A DNA stretch of 64,000 nucleotides from contig JAFRUR010000053.1 in the NCBI GenBank assembly GCA_017438775.1, forward strand, positions 2,812 to 66,811, written 5' to 3'. This document shows positions 36,540 to 45,879 of this stretch, piece after piece. Below the pieces are notes generated by a model. That model was given only the letters and a program-made list of their open reading frames with translations, made no database searches and was not told where the DNA came from. How positions within the stretch are numbered: the first letter of the stretch is position 1; each line of letters begins with the position of its first letter. The position numbers were made by a program, and so were the translations under genes. Source of the DNA: Lachnospiraceae bacterium. GTDB lineage: Bacteria; Bacillota; Clostridia; Lachnospirales; Lachnospiraceae.

Positions 36540-37481
36540 ATGAAATATTCCGGTATCGGCGGTCAGGCCGTGCTGGAGGGCGTCATGATGAAAAACGGTG
36601 CGGATTACGCCGTGGCCGTGCGCCGTCCGGACGGAGAGATCGAGTGCAAAAAAGATCATAAAGAGGGCATCCTCCAGCGTCATCCCGCGCTGGACAAGCC
36701 TTTGATTCGCGGCAGCCTTATCCTGGTGGATTCGATGGTGCTGGGAATCGACACGCTCAACTATTCGGCTTCGTTCTATGATGAGGAGGATCCCGCGCCC
36801 TCCAAAGAGAAGGAGAGCTCCCTTCCCATCGCCTTCGCGGTGGCGGCCTCGCTCCTTCTTGTGATCGGCCTGTTTATTCTGCTCCCGTCGTTTCTGTCCC
36901 AGCTTCTGGGCAGGGTCGTTTCCTCTCGGCCGGTGCTCGCGGTTTTCGAAGCCCTGATTCGTATCGCCCTGTTTGTCGGCTATGTGGCCGCCATTTCCCT
37001 GATGAAGGACATTCGCCGCGTCTTCATGTACCACGGGGCGGAGCACAAGTGCATCAACTGCGTGGAGCACGGCCTTCCGCTCACGGTGGAGAACGCCGCG
37101 AAGAGCTCGCGCTTTCACAAGCGCTGCGGCACCAGCTTCATGATCGGCGTGATGATTCTGAGCGCCGTGTTCTTCATGTTCCTGCAGTTCGATTCGATTC
37201 TGCTGCGCCTGGTCACGCGTCTGATTCTCATTCCCGTGATCGCCGGCATTTCTTATGAATTTCTTCGCCTCGCGGGGAGCGGGGACAGTGTGCTCACGAA
37301 TATTCTGAGCCGGCCCGGCCTCTGGATGCAGCGCCTGACCACCCGCGAACCGGACAGCGATATGCTCGAGGTCGCCATCACGTCGGTGGAGGCTGTGTTT
37401 GACTGGAAAGCCTATCTGAAGGAGAACTTCGGCGAGGACGCCGTCAGCGCCTGCGAAGGCCCTTCCTGCCCGGGGCTGTGA
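36540..37481 (+). CDS. DUF1385 (YqhQ-like) membrane protein
   Basis: GGQAVLEGVMMK and YHGAEHKCINC motifs are present. It holds the conserved position upstream of prmC-prfA. Confidence 0.85.
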   Translation: MKYSGIGGQAVLEGVMMKNGADYAVAVRRPDGEIECKKDHKEGILQRHPALDKPLIRGSLILVDSMVLGIDTLNYSASFYDEEDPAPSKEKESSLPIAFAVAASLLLVIGLFILLPSFLSQLLGRVVSSRPVLAVFEALIRIALFVGYVAAISLMKDIRRVFMYHGAEHKCINCVEHGLPLTVENAAKSSRFHKRCGTSFMIGVMILSAVFFMFLQFDSILLRLVTRLILIPVIAGISYEFLRLAGSGDSVLTNILSRPGLWMQRLTTREPDSDMLEVAITSVEAVFDWKAYLKENFGEDAVSACEGPSCPGL

Positions 37482-38398
37482 TGACGCACCGGGAATGCGT
37501 GGCGGCGGGGACCGCTCTTTTGGAGAAGGCACAGGTGCCAGAGGCGGCGCTTGACGCCCTCGAACTCTACCTTTACGTGACCGGGATGTCCCGCGCCTAT
37601 TATCTGATGTACAGAGAGGATGCCGCGCCGCAGACGGCCGCGGACCGCTATGCGCAGCTGATCGAACTTCGCGCATCCCGCGTCCCGCTCCAGCACATCA
37701 CGGGAGAGCAGGAGTTTTACGGCCGCGCGTTCCATGTGAGCGGAGACGTCCTCATCCCGCGCCAGGACACGGAGGTCCTGGTCGAGACGGTGCTGCAGGA
37801 CGTGCGCCGCGGCGTATTCGGAAGTGAAAGCCGTGCGGCCGCAACAGAGATCCCTCAAGGGCGCGCAGCCGAAGATGCGCCGGCGGAGTCCCCCCTGCGA
37901 ATCCTTGATCTGTGCACCGGTTCGGGCTGCATCGCCGTGACACTGGCTTTGGAGACCGGCGCCAACGTGACAGCGTCGGATCTTTCGCCGGCCGCGCTCC
38001 GCGTTGCCCACGGGAACGCTTCCGGCCTGGGCGCACGTGTCACGTTCCTTGAGGGAGACCTCTGGGATGCCCTCCCGGAGGATGCGGGCCCGTTCGATAT
38101 CATTGTGTCCAATCCGCCCTATATCCGCGCCGCGGAACTGGAGGATCTCCAGCCGGAGGTACGCGATCACGACCCGCGCATGGCGCTGGACGGAGGGGAG
38201 GACGGGCTTGTCTTTTACCGCCGCATCGCGGCCGGAGCGCCGGCATATCTGGCGGATAACGGCCGGCTTTATGTCGAGATGGGCGCGGAGCAGGGGCCGG
38301 ATGTGGAGGCCCTGTTTGCCGCGGCTGGCTTTTCTGAGATCAGGACCGTCCGCGACCTTGCGGGACTGGACCGCGTGGTCTGCGGCGTCAAGAGGTGA
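37478..38398 (+). CDS. prmC: peptide chain release factor N(5)-glutamine methyltransferase
   Basis: [13 protein letters not shown], the [13 protein letters not shown] motif and the NPPY catalytic motif are present. The start overlaps the upstream stop. Confidence 0.92.
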   Translation: MMTHRECVAAGTALLEKAQVPEAALDALELYLYVTGMSRAYYLMYREDAAPQTAADRYAQLIELRASRVPLQHITGEQEFYGRAFHVSGDVLIPRQDTEVLVETVLQDVRRGVFGSESRAAATEIPQGRAAEDAPAESPLRILDLCTGSGCIAVTLALETGANVTASDLSPAALRVAHGNASGLGARVTFLEGDLWDALPEDAGPFDIIVSNPPYIRAAELEDLQPEVRDHDPRMALDGGEDGLVFYRRIAAGAPAYLADNGRLYVEMGAEQGPDVEALFAAAGFSEIRTVRDLAGLDRVVCGVKR

Positions 38399-38403
38399 TC
38401 GGA

Positions 38404-39486
38404 ATGTTTGAACAGTGTGAAGGCGTGCTTCGCCGCTACGACGAGGTCCTCCTGGAGCTTGGAAGCCCGGAGGCCGCCGCAGATCCCGGCCGGTTCCGCG
38501 CCCTCATGAAGGAGCAGGCGGAACTCACGCCCGTCGTGGAGGCCTATCGCGATTTCAAGCGAGCGGAGGAAGCCATCGCCGGGAGCCTCGAACTCCTGGA
38601 CGCGGAAAAGGAAGAGGAACTGCGCGAACTGGCGCGGCAGGAGCTTGCCGAGGCCAAAGAGAGGAAGGCGCAGGTGGAAGAGCGCCTGAAGATCCTGCTG
38701 CTCCCCAAAGACCCGAACGACGATAAAAACGTCTTCGTGGAGATCCGCGCGGGCGCGGGCGGGGACGAGGCGGCGCTGTTTTCCTCCGACCTCTACCGCA
38801 TGTATACCCGCTATGCGGAGCGCAGCGGCTGGAAAGTCGAACTCGCCAGCGTGAGTGAGGGCGCCCTGGGCGGCTTCAAGGAGATCGTGTTCATGATCTC
38901 CGGCCAGGGGGCGTATTCCAAACTGAAATATGAGAGCGGCGTCCACCGCGTCCAGCGCGTGCCGGAGACGGAGAGCGGCGGAAGGATCCACACCTCCACG
39001 GCCACCGTGGCCATCATGCCGGAGGCGGAAGAGGTGGACGTGCAGATCGACCCGAACGACATCCGGTTTGACGTGTTCCGGTCCTCCGGCAACGGCGGAC
39101 AGAGCGTCAACACCACGGATTCGGCCGTGCGCCTGACGCATCTCCCGACGGGAATCGTCATTTCCTGCCAGGACGAAAAGAGCCAGCTCAAGAACAAGGA
39201 TAAGGCCCTGAAGGTCCTCCGCGCCCGCCTCTACGAGCGCGAACTCGAGAAGAAGCAGGCCGAGGAGGCGGAAAACCGCCGCAGCCAGGTGGGCACCGGG
39301 GACCGGTCGGAGAAGATCCGCACCTACAATTTCCCGCAGGGACGCGTGACGGATCACCGGATCAAACTCACACTGTACAAGATCGACCAGATCATGGACG
39401 GGGACCTCGGAGAGATCCTGGAGGCCCTGATCTCTGCCGACCGCGCGGCGCGGCTTGCGGGCAAAGACGCAGAAAAAAACAGTTGA
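38404..39486 (+). CDS. prfA: peptide chain release factor 1
   Basis: PET tripeptide (RVQRVPETE), GGQ motif (SGNGGQSVN). ATG 38404 is preferred over the overlapping GTG 38395 because AGAGGTGA sits 5 nt upstream. Confidence 0.93.
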   Translation: MFEQCEGVLRRYDEVLLELGSPEAAADPGRFRALMKEQAELTPVVEAYRDFKRAEEAIAGSLELLDAEKEEELRELARQELAEAKERKAQVEERLKILLLPKDPNDDKNVFVEIRAGAGGDEAALFSSDLYRMYTRYAERSGWKVELASVSEGALGGFKEIVFMISGQGAYSKLKYESGVHRVQRVPETESGGRIHTSTATVAIMPEAEEVDVQIDPNDIRFDVFRSSGNGGQSVNTTDSAVRLTHLPTGIVISCQDEKSQLKNKDKALKVLRARLYERELEKKQAEEAENRRSQVGTGDRSEKIRTYNFPQGRVTDHRIKLTLYKIDQIMDGDLGEILEALISADRAARLAGKDAEKNS

Positions 39487-39542
39487 AATACCTGTGACGT
39501 TATGTTAGACTATCGTGGCTAGGTTTTTGGCAGGAGGAAAAA

Positions 39543-39794
39543 ATGAAGACGACTATCGCTGTTATTCTGACTATTATCCTGGTTCTGGTTTGCATCGCAC
39601 TGGTCGTGACCGTGCTGCTTCAGGAAGGTAAGAACGCCGGTCTCGGAAGCCTCGCCGGCATGAACAATACCGATACCTATTGGGGAAAGCACAAGGCGCA
39701 GACGCTGGAAGGCCGTCTGGAAAAGATGACCAAGGTCCTTGTCGCAGCGTTTATGATCATCGCCCTGATCCTGAACCTCAAATTGCTGCACTGA
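39543..39794 (+). CDS. secG: preprotein translocase subunit SecG
   Basis: The 83-aa protein has an N-terminal TM helix followed by LLQEGKNAGLG. Confidence 0.85.
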   Translation: MKTTIAVILTIILVLVCIALVVTVLLQEGKNAGLGSLAGMNNTDTYWGKHKAQTLEGRLEKMTKVLVAAFMIIALILNLKLLH

Positions 39795-39802
39795 TCAAAC
39801 GA

Positions 39803-39826
39803 GGCTGCCTGCGGGCAGCCTTTTTT
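39803..39826 (+). terminator. intrinsic terminator after secG
   Basis: GGCTGCC-tgcg-GGCAGCC is followed by TTTTTT. Confidence 0.85.
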
Positions 39827-39871
39827 GCTTTTTGATACAGGCTGCGGAAAGGAGATTTTCGCGGAGAGAAT

Positions 39872-40342
39872 ATGGGAAAAGACAGCGTCAAACTGATCGC
39901 GAACAACAAGAAGGCCTACCACGACTTCTTCATTGAAGATACGTACGAGGCCGGGATCGCCCTCGCGGGAACGGAAGTCAAGTCCCTGCGGCGCGGCAAC
40001 TGCAGCCTGAAGGAGAGCTTCGTCCGGATTTCGAAAGAGGGAGAGGTCTTCATCGAGGGCATGCACATCAGCCCCTACGAGCAGGGCAATATCTTCAACA
40101 AAGATCCCCTGCGCGTGCGCAAACTCCTGCTCAACCGCGCGGAGATCCGCAAACTCGGGGCCGGCATCCGGGAAAAGGGATACACCATCGTGCCGCTGCA
40201 GGTGTATTTCAAGGGGAGCCTCGTGAAGGTCCAGATCGGCCTGGCCCGCGGCAAGAAACTGTACGACAAACGCGATTCCATCGCAAAGAAAGACGCGCAG
40301 CGTGACATGGAGCGCGCGCAGAAAGAGAGGGAGCGGGGATGA
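39872..40342 (+). CDS. smpB: SsrA-binding protein
   Basis: [28 protein letters not shown] and the basic C-terminal tail are present. Confidence 0.95.
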   Translation: MGKDSVKLIANNKKAYHDFFIEDTYEAGIALAGTEVKSLRRGNCSLKESFVRISKEGEVFIEGMHISPYEQGNIFNKDPLRVRKLLLNRAEIRKLGAGIREKGYTIVPLQVYFKGSLVKVQIGLARGKKLYDKRDSIAKKDAQRDMERAQKERERG

Positions 40343-42045
40343 AGAGACACATGTTCAAGGTACTGGCACTTATGCTTGCGGTGATGCTTCTGGCCGGCTG
40401 CGGAAAGACGCCCGCGCCCACGACCACGGCGGCTCCGGAAACGACGGCGCCCGCATCCACGGCCCAGGAGACGGAGACGCCCGGAAGACAGGTCCCGGAC
40501 ACGGAGACGACCGAGCCGGAGACCACGGAGCCCGCGGCAACCGAGCCGGAAAGCACGGCACCGGCCACGACCGAGGCGGAGCCCGTCGTCGAAGCTGCGC
40601 TCCCTGCCCTGTTTACGCAGACCGTATATGACTACTCTTTTGACGGCAACAGAGACGTCTTCCTGGCGGAGTCGTATTACGGGCTTGTTTCCCTGTCGGA
40701 GCAGAGCGCGAAGGACTATCCGATGCTCGCGGCTGCCATGAAAGCGGAGAAGGACGAAGAGGCGAAGCGCAAGGAAGAGTTCCTGCAGAATTTCAATTCC
40801 GGTGCCAAGTCTCAGTATGAAGAAGACAAGGAGAGCTTCCGCAAGAATTATCTGCACGGGGACGTCCTGGTCCGCCGCGCGGACCGCAGGATCGTCAGCT
40901 TCCTCTACGATGAGGACGTCTATTACGGCATGAAGCACCGGGAGCGCTATATGACCGGCGTGAACTTCGAGACCCAGACCGGAAAGCGCCTGGATCTCCG
41001 CGACGTCGTGACCGATGTGGACAAGCTGGGCCAGCTGATCTATGACGAGCTGAAGATCTTCTACGGCGACGGCGTGTATGAGGACCTCAAGGCATCCGAT
41101 ATCGACTGGAGCCGCCTGAAGGAGACGGCCTGGACCCTGGATCCGTACGGAATCACCTTCTATTTCGGCTACCGTGAGCTGACCGAATACAGCGCCGGCA
41201 ACCCGACCGTGACCCTGTCGTTTGCGGAGCATCCGGATCTGGTCAAAAAGGAGTATCAGGAAGCCGAGGAACAATACTGCGTGGAATTCTCCGTTGACCG
41301 CCCCATGTATTTCGATCTGGACGGCACCGGCACGCCGGACATCATCGGCGTGGAAGGCCAGGAGAACATGGACGGCGCCTTTGAGACCCTCAGCGTCCTG
41401 GTGAATGGTCACTGGTATGACAAAGACGGCTTCTACGCCTATAACCTGAATCCTGTCTTTGTCCACACCGGCAAGGGCAGAAACTACGTCTACGTGCACA
41501 CGGCCTCCGATAACGACTATCAGACCTTCGAGAACTTCAAGGTCGAGTCGGGCACGACGGGCTATCTGGGAACCACGTCCTGCGGCTGGCACTACGAGAT
41601 GCCTTCGGACGCCAGTCTTGGTTACCTTCGGAGCGTTCTGACGGATCCGAGGGCGTTCGTCCTGGATACCCGGACGGATCTTCTGAGCACGATCAACGGC
41701 ACCTGCCCGTATTACGTGGATTCGAACGGCAGGCCGAAGACGGACCAGACCTGGTATGACCTGAGCTATACCCTCACCTTTACGGCCAAAGCCGATGTGC
41801 CTGTGACCCTGGTCACGAAGGAAGGCAAAAAGGTCGGAGAGGGCGTCGTTCCGAAGGGCACAAAGCTGGGCTACGTCCGCACCGACGACAAGAGCTGGGG
41901 CGATTTCATTATTTCCGAGGGAGGCCCGATCTCTGACGTGGCGTATGACTACGTGCGCGTGGATGTGGAGATCCGCGACTGGACGAAGTACGTGAACAAC
42001 GTGGATATTGAAGAACTCTTCGACGGCATCATGTTTGCCGGATAA
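40339..42045 (+). CDS. lipoprotein with Thr/Pro/Glu-rich linker and DUF3298/DUF4163-like (RsiV/PdaC-like) region
   Basis: The lipobox LLAGC follows a signal peptide. [20 protein letters not shown] linker is present. The segment [16 protein letters not shown]...[18 protein letters not shown] resembles the DUF3298 fold family. The start overlaps the smpB stop (ATGA). Confidence 0.65.
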   Translation: MKRHMFKVLALMLAVMLLAGCGKTPAPTTTAAPETTAPASTAQETETPGRQVPDTETTEPETTEPAATEPESTAPATTEAEPVVEAALPALFTQTVYDYSFDGNRDVFLAESYYGLVSLSEQSAKDYPMLAAAMKAEKDEEAKRKEEFLQNFNSGAKSQYEEDKESFRKNYLHGDVLVRRADRRIVSFLYDEDVYYGMKHRERYMTGVNFETQTGKRLDLRDVVTDVDKLGQLIYDELKIFYGDGVYEDLKASDIDWSRLKETAWTLDPYGITFYFGYRELTEYSAGNPTVTLSFAEHPDLVKKEYQEAEEQYCVEFSVDRPMYFDLDGTGTPDIIGVEGQENMDGAFETLSVLVNGHWYDKDGFYAYNLNPVFVHTGKGRNYVYVHTASDNDYQTFENFKVESGTTGYLGTTSCGWHYEMPSDASLGYLRSVLTDPRAFVLDTRTDLLSTINGTCPYYVDSNGRPKTDQTWYDLSYTLTFTAKADVPVTLVTKEGKKVGEGVVPKGTKLGYVRTDDKSWGDFIISEGGPISDVAYDYVRVDVEIRDWTKYVNNVDIEELFDGIMFAG

Positions 42046-42067
42046 GAGAAAAGAGCAGAGAAGGAAA

Positions 42068-42105
42068 CAGGGACGGGGACGGCTGAAAAGCCGTCCCCGT
42101 CCCTG
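42068..42105 (-). terminator. strong stem-loop terminator closing the ssrA transcription unit (also downstream of the plus-strand lipoprotein gene)
   Basis: A 16-bp perfect stem CAGGGACGGGGACGGC / GCCGTCCCCGTCCCTG with a 6-nt loop. The T-rich run (TGTTTCCTTCTCTGCTCTTTT) is present only in the minus-strand sense. Confidence 0.8.
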
Positions 42106-42106
42106 G

Positions 42107-42281
42107 TTGCTCTCCGCGAGCGAAGCGGGTGGAGGTTGCATGAGTCAAATCGAACACAGCGGCCGCGCACTTTGCTGCGCGGCCGCGTAGGAACGATTTC
42201 ATTCTGTCGGGCGTGCAAGCCGCCCATCGGCACAGCCGATTTCTAATGGCGGCTTGCTGTCCGCGAGCGAAGCGAGTGGAG
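42107..42281 (-). repeat. 28-nt imperfect direct repeat (26/28) duplicating the ssrA 3' end and flank, 147 nt apart
   Basis: TTGCTcTCCGCGAGCGAAGCGgGTGGAG (42107-42134) matches TTGCTgTCCGCGAGCGAAGCGaGTGGAG (42254-42281). Each copy is followed by AATCGAAC, the T-loop complement. Confidence 0.85.
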
Positions 42282-42622
42282 CTGAGGGGAATCGAACCCC
42301 TGTCCGAAAGCCCATCCACCCCGGTTTCTCCCATCACAGTCTCCGATTTGACATTCCCTCTGCCGCACGCCCGAAGACAGGCTTACGGTTTCAGTAGCTT
42401 CATCTTTTCGTCTTACGCCGCAAAGCTTAGGCGAAAGCGTGCCTCACCGTTCATGATGCCGGTGACCGGTGGGGGTGAGCAGCCCCGGGCCGACAGCTGC
42501 CCTTAGGCAGCGAGCGCAAACTGATTGTTGGCGTTTAAGTTTAAGTTCCGTTTTTTATCGTGGCCACGGTCCACGGATGGCTTCCAGAGATTCCGAACCC
42601 CCGTCGAAACCAGTACAGCCCC
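42277..42622 (-). ncRNA. ssrA: transfer-messenger RNA (tmRNA)
   Basis: The minus strand starts GGGGCTGTACTGGTTTCGACGGGGGTTCGG and ends GGGGTTCGATTCCCCTCAGCTCCA. The acceptor stem pairs with a G3:U wobble. The tag ORF GCC AAC AAT CAG TTT GCG CTC GCT GCC TAA encodes ANNQFALAA. CCA is not encoded. Confidence 0.92.
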
Positions 42623-42652
42623 CTGTACTGTCGAAACGATGTTCGCTGTGAT

Positions 42653-42680
42653 AGTATAGCAGAAAACCCGGAAAAGTCAA
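42653..42680 (-). promoter_or_regulatory. ssrA promoter (extended -10)
   Basis: The minus strand has TTGACT (42675-42680), a 16-nt spacer, then TGcTATACT (-10 hexamer 42653-42658), ~30 nt upstream of the mature 5' end. Confidence 0.6.
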
Positions 42681-42957
42681 ATATCCTCAAATCCTGCGCG
42701 GCGGACCCGTGAAAAATGCCGGCGTTGACTTCGTGGATACAGAAGCCCGCGGTGCCGACAGCCGGGGAGAGTGCGCCGACGTGCAGAGATCGCGGCGGCC
42801 CCGGCCGCAGACGGCACCTGGAAAACGTGAAAACGGCCGCATCCTGCGGGGATGCATCGGGAATCATGCCGATGTCTTTTCTGCACGAATTCGGAGAGCG
42901 GATTCCGGGGAGCCGGGGGGCCGGAAAAAAGTATAAAAAAATCCATGAGAAAAGTGG

Positions 42958-42986
42958 TTGACATTTGTCTGGGGGGTTGTTATAAT
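42958..42986 (+). promoter_or_regulatory. consensus promoter for the tRNA-Pro/tRNA-Glu unit
   Basis: TTGACA (42958-42963), a 17-nt spacer, then TGtTATAAT (-10 hexamer 42981-42986). Confidence 0.8.
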
Positions 42987-43017
42987 CGCATGGCACGATG
43001 CGTGACAGGAGCAACAG

Positions 43018-43091
43018 CGAGGCGTGGCTCAGTTTGGTAGAGCGCTGCGTTCGGGACGCAGAGGTCGCAAGTTCGAATCTTGTCGCCTCGA
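43018..43091 (+). tRNA. tRNA-Pro (anticodon CGG)
   Basis: Hand-folded cloverleaf with acceptor CGAGGCG/CGCCTCG and D-arm GCTC-AGTTTGGTA-GAGC. The anticodon arm is CTGCG-TTCGGGA-CGCAG and the T-arm is GCAAG-TTCGAAT-CTTGT. Discriminator A; no encoded CCA. Confidence 0.9.
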
Positions 43092-43097
43092 TTGTAT

Positions 43098-43169
43098 GGC
43101 CAGTTGGTCAAGGGGCTAAGACGCCGCCCTCTCACGGCGGAAACAGGGGTTCGATTCCCCTACTGGCTA
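43098..43169 (+). tRNA. tRNA-Glu (anticodon CUC)
   Basis: It aligns by eye with the Firmicute tRNA-Glu pattern GGCC.GTTGGTCAAG.GG.TAAGAC. The anticodon arm is CCGCC-CTCTCAC-GGCGG and the T-arm is AGGGG-TTCGATT-CCCCT. There is a G1:U72 wobble. Confidence 0.85.
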
Positions 43170-43172
43170 TGA

Positions 43173-43205
43173 AGAGCAGGAACGAAGGTTCCTGCTCTTT
43201 TCCTT
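43173..43205 (+). terminator. intrinsic terminator after the tRNA pair
   Basis: AGAGCAGGAAC-gaag-GTTCCTGCTCT is followed by a T-rich run. Confidence 0.85.
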
Positions 43206-43395
43206 TGCTCCGGCAGGCCGCAGCGCGGAAGTGCTTTTCGCGCCGTCTCCGTCACCGGATCCGATAGAAAAATGCAGGGATATCCCTTCGGGGTAAGAAC
43301 GCTTCCGTGCGCCGGCTCCGTCGCCGCACAGAGCGGCATCTGCGCTGCATTCCGCCGCCGCCCGGGCCGCTTTCTCTTTTTCAATAAAAAAGTAC

Positions 43396-43424
43396 TGGAC
43401 ATTTGCTTTGCTTTATGTTAATAT
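43396..43424 (+). promoter_or_regulatory. promoter of the rimP-nusA-infB operon (extended -10)
   Basis: TGGACA (43396-43401), a 17-nt spacer, then TGtTAATAT (-10 hexamer 43419-43424). Confidence 0.6.
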
Positions 43425-43448
43425 CCCACCGTAACAGATGGGACCTCG

Positions 43449-43480
43449 GAAGTGAGCCGGCAGCGGCTCACTTCTTTTAT
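43449..43480 (+). terminator. leader terminator/attenuator upstream of rimP
   Basis: GAAGTGAGCCG-gcag-CGGCTCACTTC (11-bp stem) is followed by TTTTAT. It sits between the promoter and the rimP RBS. Confidence 0.7.
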
Positions 43481-43518
43481 GCCGTTTGCGCGTGCGCGCG
43501 GCCGGAAAGGAGAGCCGT

Positions 43519-43983
43519 TTGGCAAAGAGAGAAGAGATCGAGGCCAGGGCCGAAGAACTGCTTCTGCCCGTCGTATCGGAATACGGCCTGGAACTGGTGG
43601 ATGTGGACTACGTCAAGGAAGGTTCGGACTTTTACCTGCGCGCCTACATCGACAAGCCGGGCGGCGTGACCATCGGCGACTGCGAGACCGTGAGCCGCGC
43701 CTTTGACCCCATCCTGGACCGCGAGGACTTCGTCCCCGGCGCGTACATCTTTGAGGTCAGTTCCCCGGGGCTGGGGAGGCCGCTCAAAAAGGACAAGGAT
43801 TACGCCCGCGCCGTCGGTCAGAAGGTCGAAGGAAAGCTCTTTATGGCCGCGGACGGCATCAAGGCCTTTGAAGGCACCCTCACGGAGTACACGGCGGACA
43901 CCCTGACGGTGGACATCGAGGGAACGCCCCGCACGTTCCGCCGCGCCGACATGGCGCTCATCCGCCTCGCATTTGATTTTTGA
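43519..43983 (+). CDS. rimP: ribosome maturation factor RimP
   Basis: TTG start 4 nt after AAAGGAGAG. LELVDVDYVKEGSDFYLRAYIDKPGGVTIGDCE is typical RimP. Confidence 0.88.
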   Translation: MAKREEIEARAEELLLPVVSEYGLELVDVDYVKEGSDFYLRAYIDKPGGVTIGDCETVSRAFDPILDREDFVPGAYIFEVSSPGLGRPLKKDKDYARAVGQKVEGKLFMAADGIKAFEGTLTEYTADTLTVDIEGTPRTFRRADMALIRLAFDF

Positions 43984-44055
43984 CGCACCGTTCGTTTGAC
44001 ACCATAGCGACAGCCAGCCCGCACCGCGGGATAAGAAAAGGAGGACACCGGAAAA

Positions 44056-45246
44056 ATGGCAGCGAGAAAGACCAAGAAGGAGGAGCCGCAGGAGAGCCTG
44101 CTTGACGTTCTTCTGGTACTGGAGAAGGAGAAGGACATCAGCCGCGACGTCATCTTTGACGCCATCGAGAACTCTCTGATCACGGCCTGCAAGCAGCACT
44201 TCGGCAAGGCGGACAACGTCCGCGTGGAAATGGACCGCGAGACCGGCCAGTACCATGTGTTTGCCGACAAGGAAGTCGTGGAGGAAGTGGAGGACCCCGC
44301 CCTGCAGATGTCTCTGGACGAGGCAAAGGCGATCGACCCGAGATACGTCCTCGGCGACATCGTCCCGATCGAGGTGCGCTCCAGGGATTTCGGCCGCATC
44401 GCCACCCAGAACGCGAAGAACGTCATCCTGCAGAAGATCCGCGAGGAAGAGCGCCGCGTCATGTTCGATGCCTTCCACGACAAGGAGCGCGAGGTCGTCA
44501 CCGGTGTGGTGCAGCGCTACCTCGGCCGCAACATCTCCGTGAACCTGGGCAAGGCCGATGCCATCCTGAGCGAGAACGAGCAGGTGCGCACCGAGCACTT
44601 TGAGCCCACGGAGCGCATCAAGGTCTACATCCTCAAGGTGGAAGACACCACCAAGGGGCCGCGCATCCTGGTGTCCCGCACCCATCCCGAACTGGTCAAG
44701 CGCCTGTTCGAGAGCGAGGTCACGGAAGTGGCGGACGGCATCGTTGAGATCATGGCGATCTCCCGCGAGGCCGGCTCCCGCACCAAGATGGCCGTCTGGT
44801 CCAAGGACCCGAACGTGGATCCCGTCGGTGCCTGCGTCGGCGTGAACGGAAGCCGCGTGAACGCCATCGTGGACGAGCTCCGCGGAGAAAAGATCGACAT
44901 CATCAACTGGGATGAGAACCCGGCCATTCTGATCGAGAACGCCCTGAGCCCCGCGAAGGTCATCGTGGTCATCGCGGACGAGGACGAGAAGACCGCACAG
45001 GTCATCGTGCCGGACTATCAGCTCTCGCTGGCCATCGGCCGCAGCGGCCAGAACGCCCGCCTGGCGGCCCGCCTGACCGGCTACAAGATCGACATCAAGA
45101 GCGAGACGCAGGCGCGCGAGTCCGGTCTGCTGGATGAGATCGGCTACACCGATGACATGAACGCGGACTACGCCGGCTACGAGGAGTATTACGAGGGCTA
45201 CGACGATACGTACGATCAGGAGCCCGCGCAGGAGACGGAAAGCTAA
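44056..45246 (+). CDS. nusA: transcription termination/antitermination factor NusA
   Basis: LEKEKDISRDVIFDAIE, the S1 domain, tandem KH (GACVGVNGSRV, LAIGRSGQNARLA) and an acidic tail are present. Confidence 0.95.
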   Translation: MAARKTKKEEPQESLLDVLLVLEKEKDISRDVIFDAIENSLITACKQHFGKADNVRVEMDRETGQYHVFADKEVVEEVEDPALQMSLDEAKAIDPRYVLGDIVPIEVRSRDFGRIATQNAKNVILQKIREEERRVMFDAFHDKEREVVTGVVQRYLGRNISVNLGKADAILSENEQVRTEHFEPTERIKVYILKVEDTTKGPRILVSRTHPELVKRLFESEVTEVADGIVEIMAISREAGSRTKMAVWSKDPNVDPVGACVGVNGSRVNAIVDELRGEKIDIINWDENPAILIENALSPAKVIVVIADEDEKTAQVIVPDYQLSLAIGRSGQNARLAARLTGYKIDIKSETQARESGLLDEIGYTDDMNADYAGYEEYYEGYDDTYDQEPAQETES

Positions 45247-45266
45247 ACCATACGGGAGGTACCCGG

Positions 45267-45545
45267 GTGACTGCTGTAAAGAAGATTCCGATGCGCCGCT
45301 GTGTCGGCTGCTCGGAGATGAAAGAGAAAAAAGAACTGCTCCGTGTCCTCCGCACGCCGGAGGGAGACATCATTCTGGACACGGCGGGACGTCAGAACGG
45401 CCGCGGCGCGTATCTGTGCAAAAACGCGGACTGCCTGAAAAAGGCCAGGCGCTCGAAGGCGCTGGAACGTTCTCTGGACGCCGCCATTCCGGAAGAGGTC
45501 TACGAGCGGCTGGAAAAGGAGATGACGGATCTTGCCGAGGGATAA
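45267..45545 (+). CDS. ylxR: YlxR family RNA-binding protein (DUF448)
   Basis: PMRRCVGC...GRGAYLC motif. The GTG start is 8 nt after GGGAGG. Confidence 0.85.
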   Translation: MTAVKKIPMRRCVGCSEMKEKKELLRVLRTPEGDIILDTAGRQNGRGAYLCKNADCLKKARRSKALERSLDAAIPEEVYERLEKEMTDLAEG

Positions 45546-45879
45546 GGCGCTGTCGCTCCTCTCGCTCGCGGCCAAGGCCGGACGGGTCAAAAGCGGAGAA
45601 TTCATGACGGAACGCACCGTCAAAACTCACGCCGCCGTGCTCGTCATCGTGGCAGGGGATGCGTCGGACAACACGAAAAAGCAGTTTCGGGATCTTTGCA
45701 GACATCACCGCGTACCCATGGCTCTGTACAGCACAAAAGAAGAGCTGGGGCACAGCATCGGGCGGGGCGAGAGAGCCTCGCTGGCCGTGACAGACCCCGG
45801 CTTTGCGGAAGGACTAAAGGGTTTAGGCCTGCATTTGGAAGACGAAGGGAGACCGTATGGGAAAAAAGAGAGTATATGA
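45532..45879 (+). CDS. ribosomal L7Ae/L30e/S12e/Gadd45 family protein (YlxQ-like)
   Basis: TTG start. [14 protein letters not shown]...[13 protein letters not shown]...[12 protein letters not shown] resembles B. subtilis YlxQ. Confidence 0.8.
   Translation: MPRDKALSLLSLAAKAGRVKSGEFMTERTVKTHAAVLVIVAGDASDNTKKQFRDLCRHHRVPMALYSTKEELGHSIGRGERASLAVTDPGFAEGLKGLGLHLEDEGRPYGKKESI

Noticed and set aside
38395-38403. An alternative GTG start for prfA overlaps the prmC stop.
   Set aside because: ATG 38404 gives the usual MF... RF1 N-terminus with better SD spacing. The three extra codons cannot be excluded, but they are less likely.
42681-42957. A ~280-nt GC-rich spacer lies between the divergent ssrA and tRNA promoters, with small ORFs on both strands and a few short hairpins. 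I considered 6S RNA, SRP RNA or a small protein.
   Set aside because: I could not find conserved SRP, 6S or RNase P motifs. The ORFs are Arg/Gly-rich without an RBS, and there is no promoter/terminator pair delimiting an sRNA. It is left unassigned.
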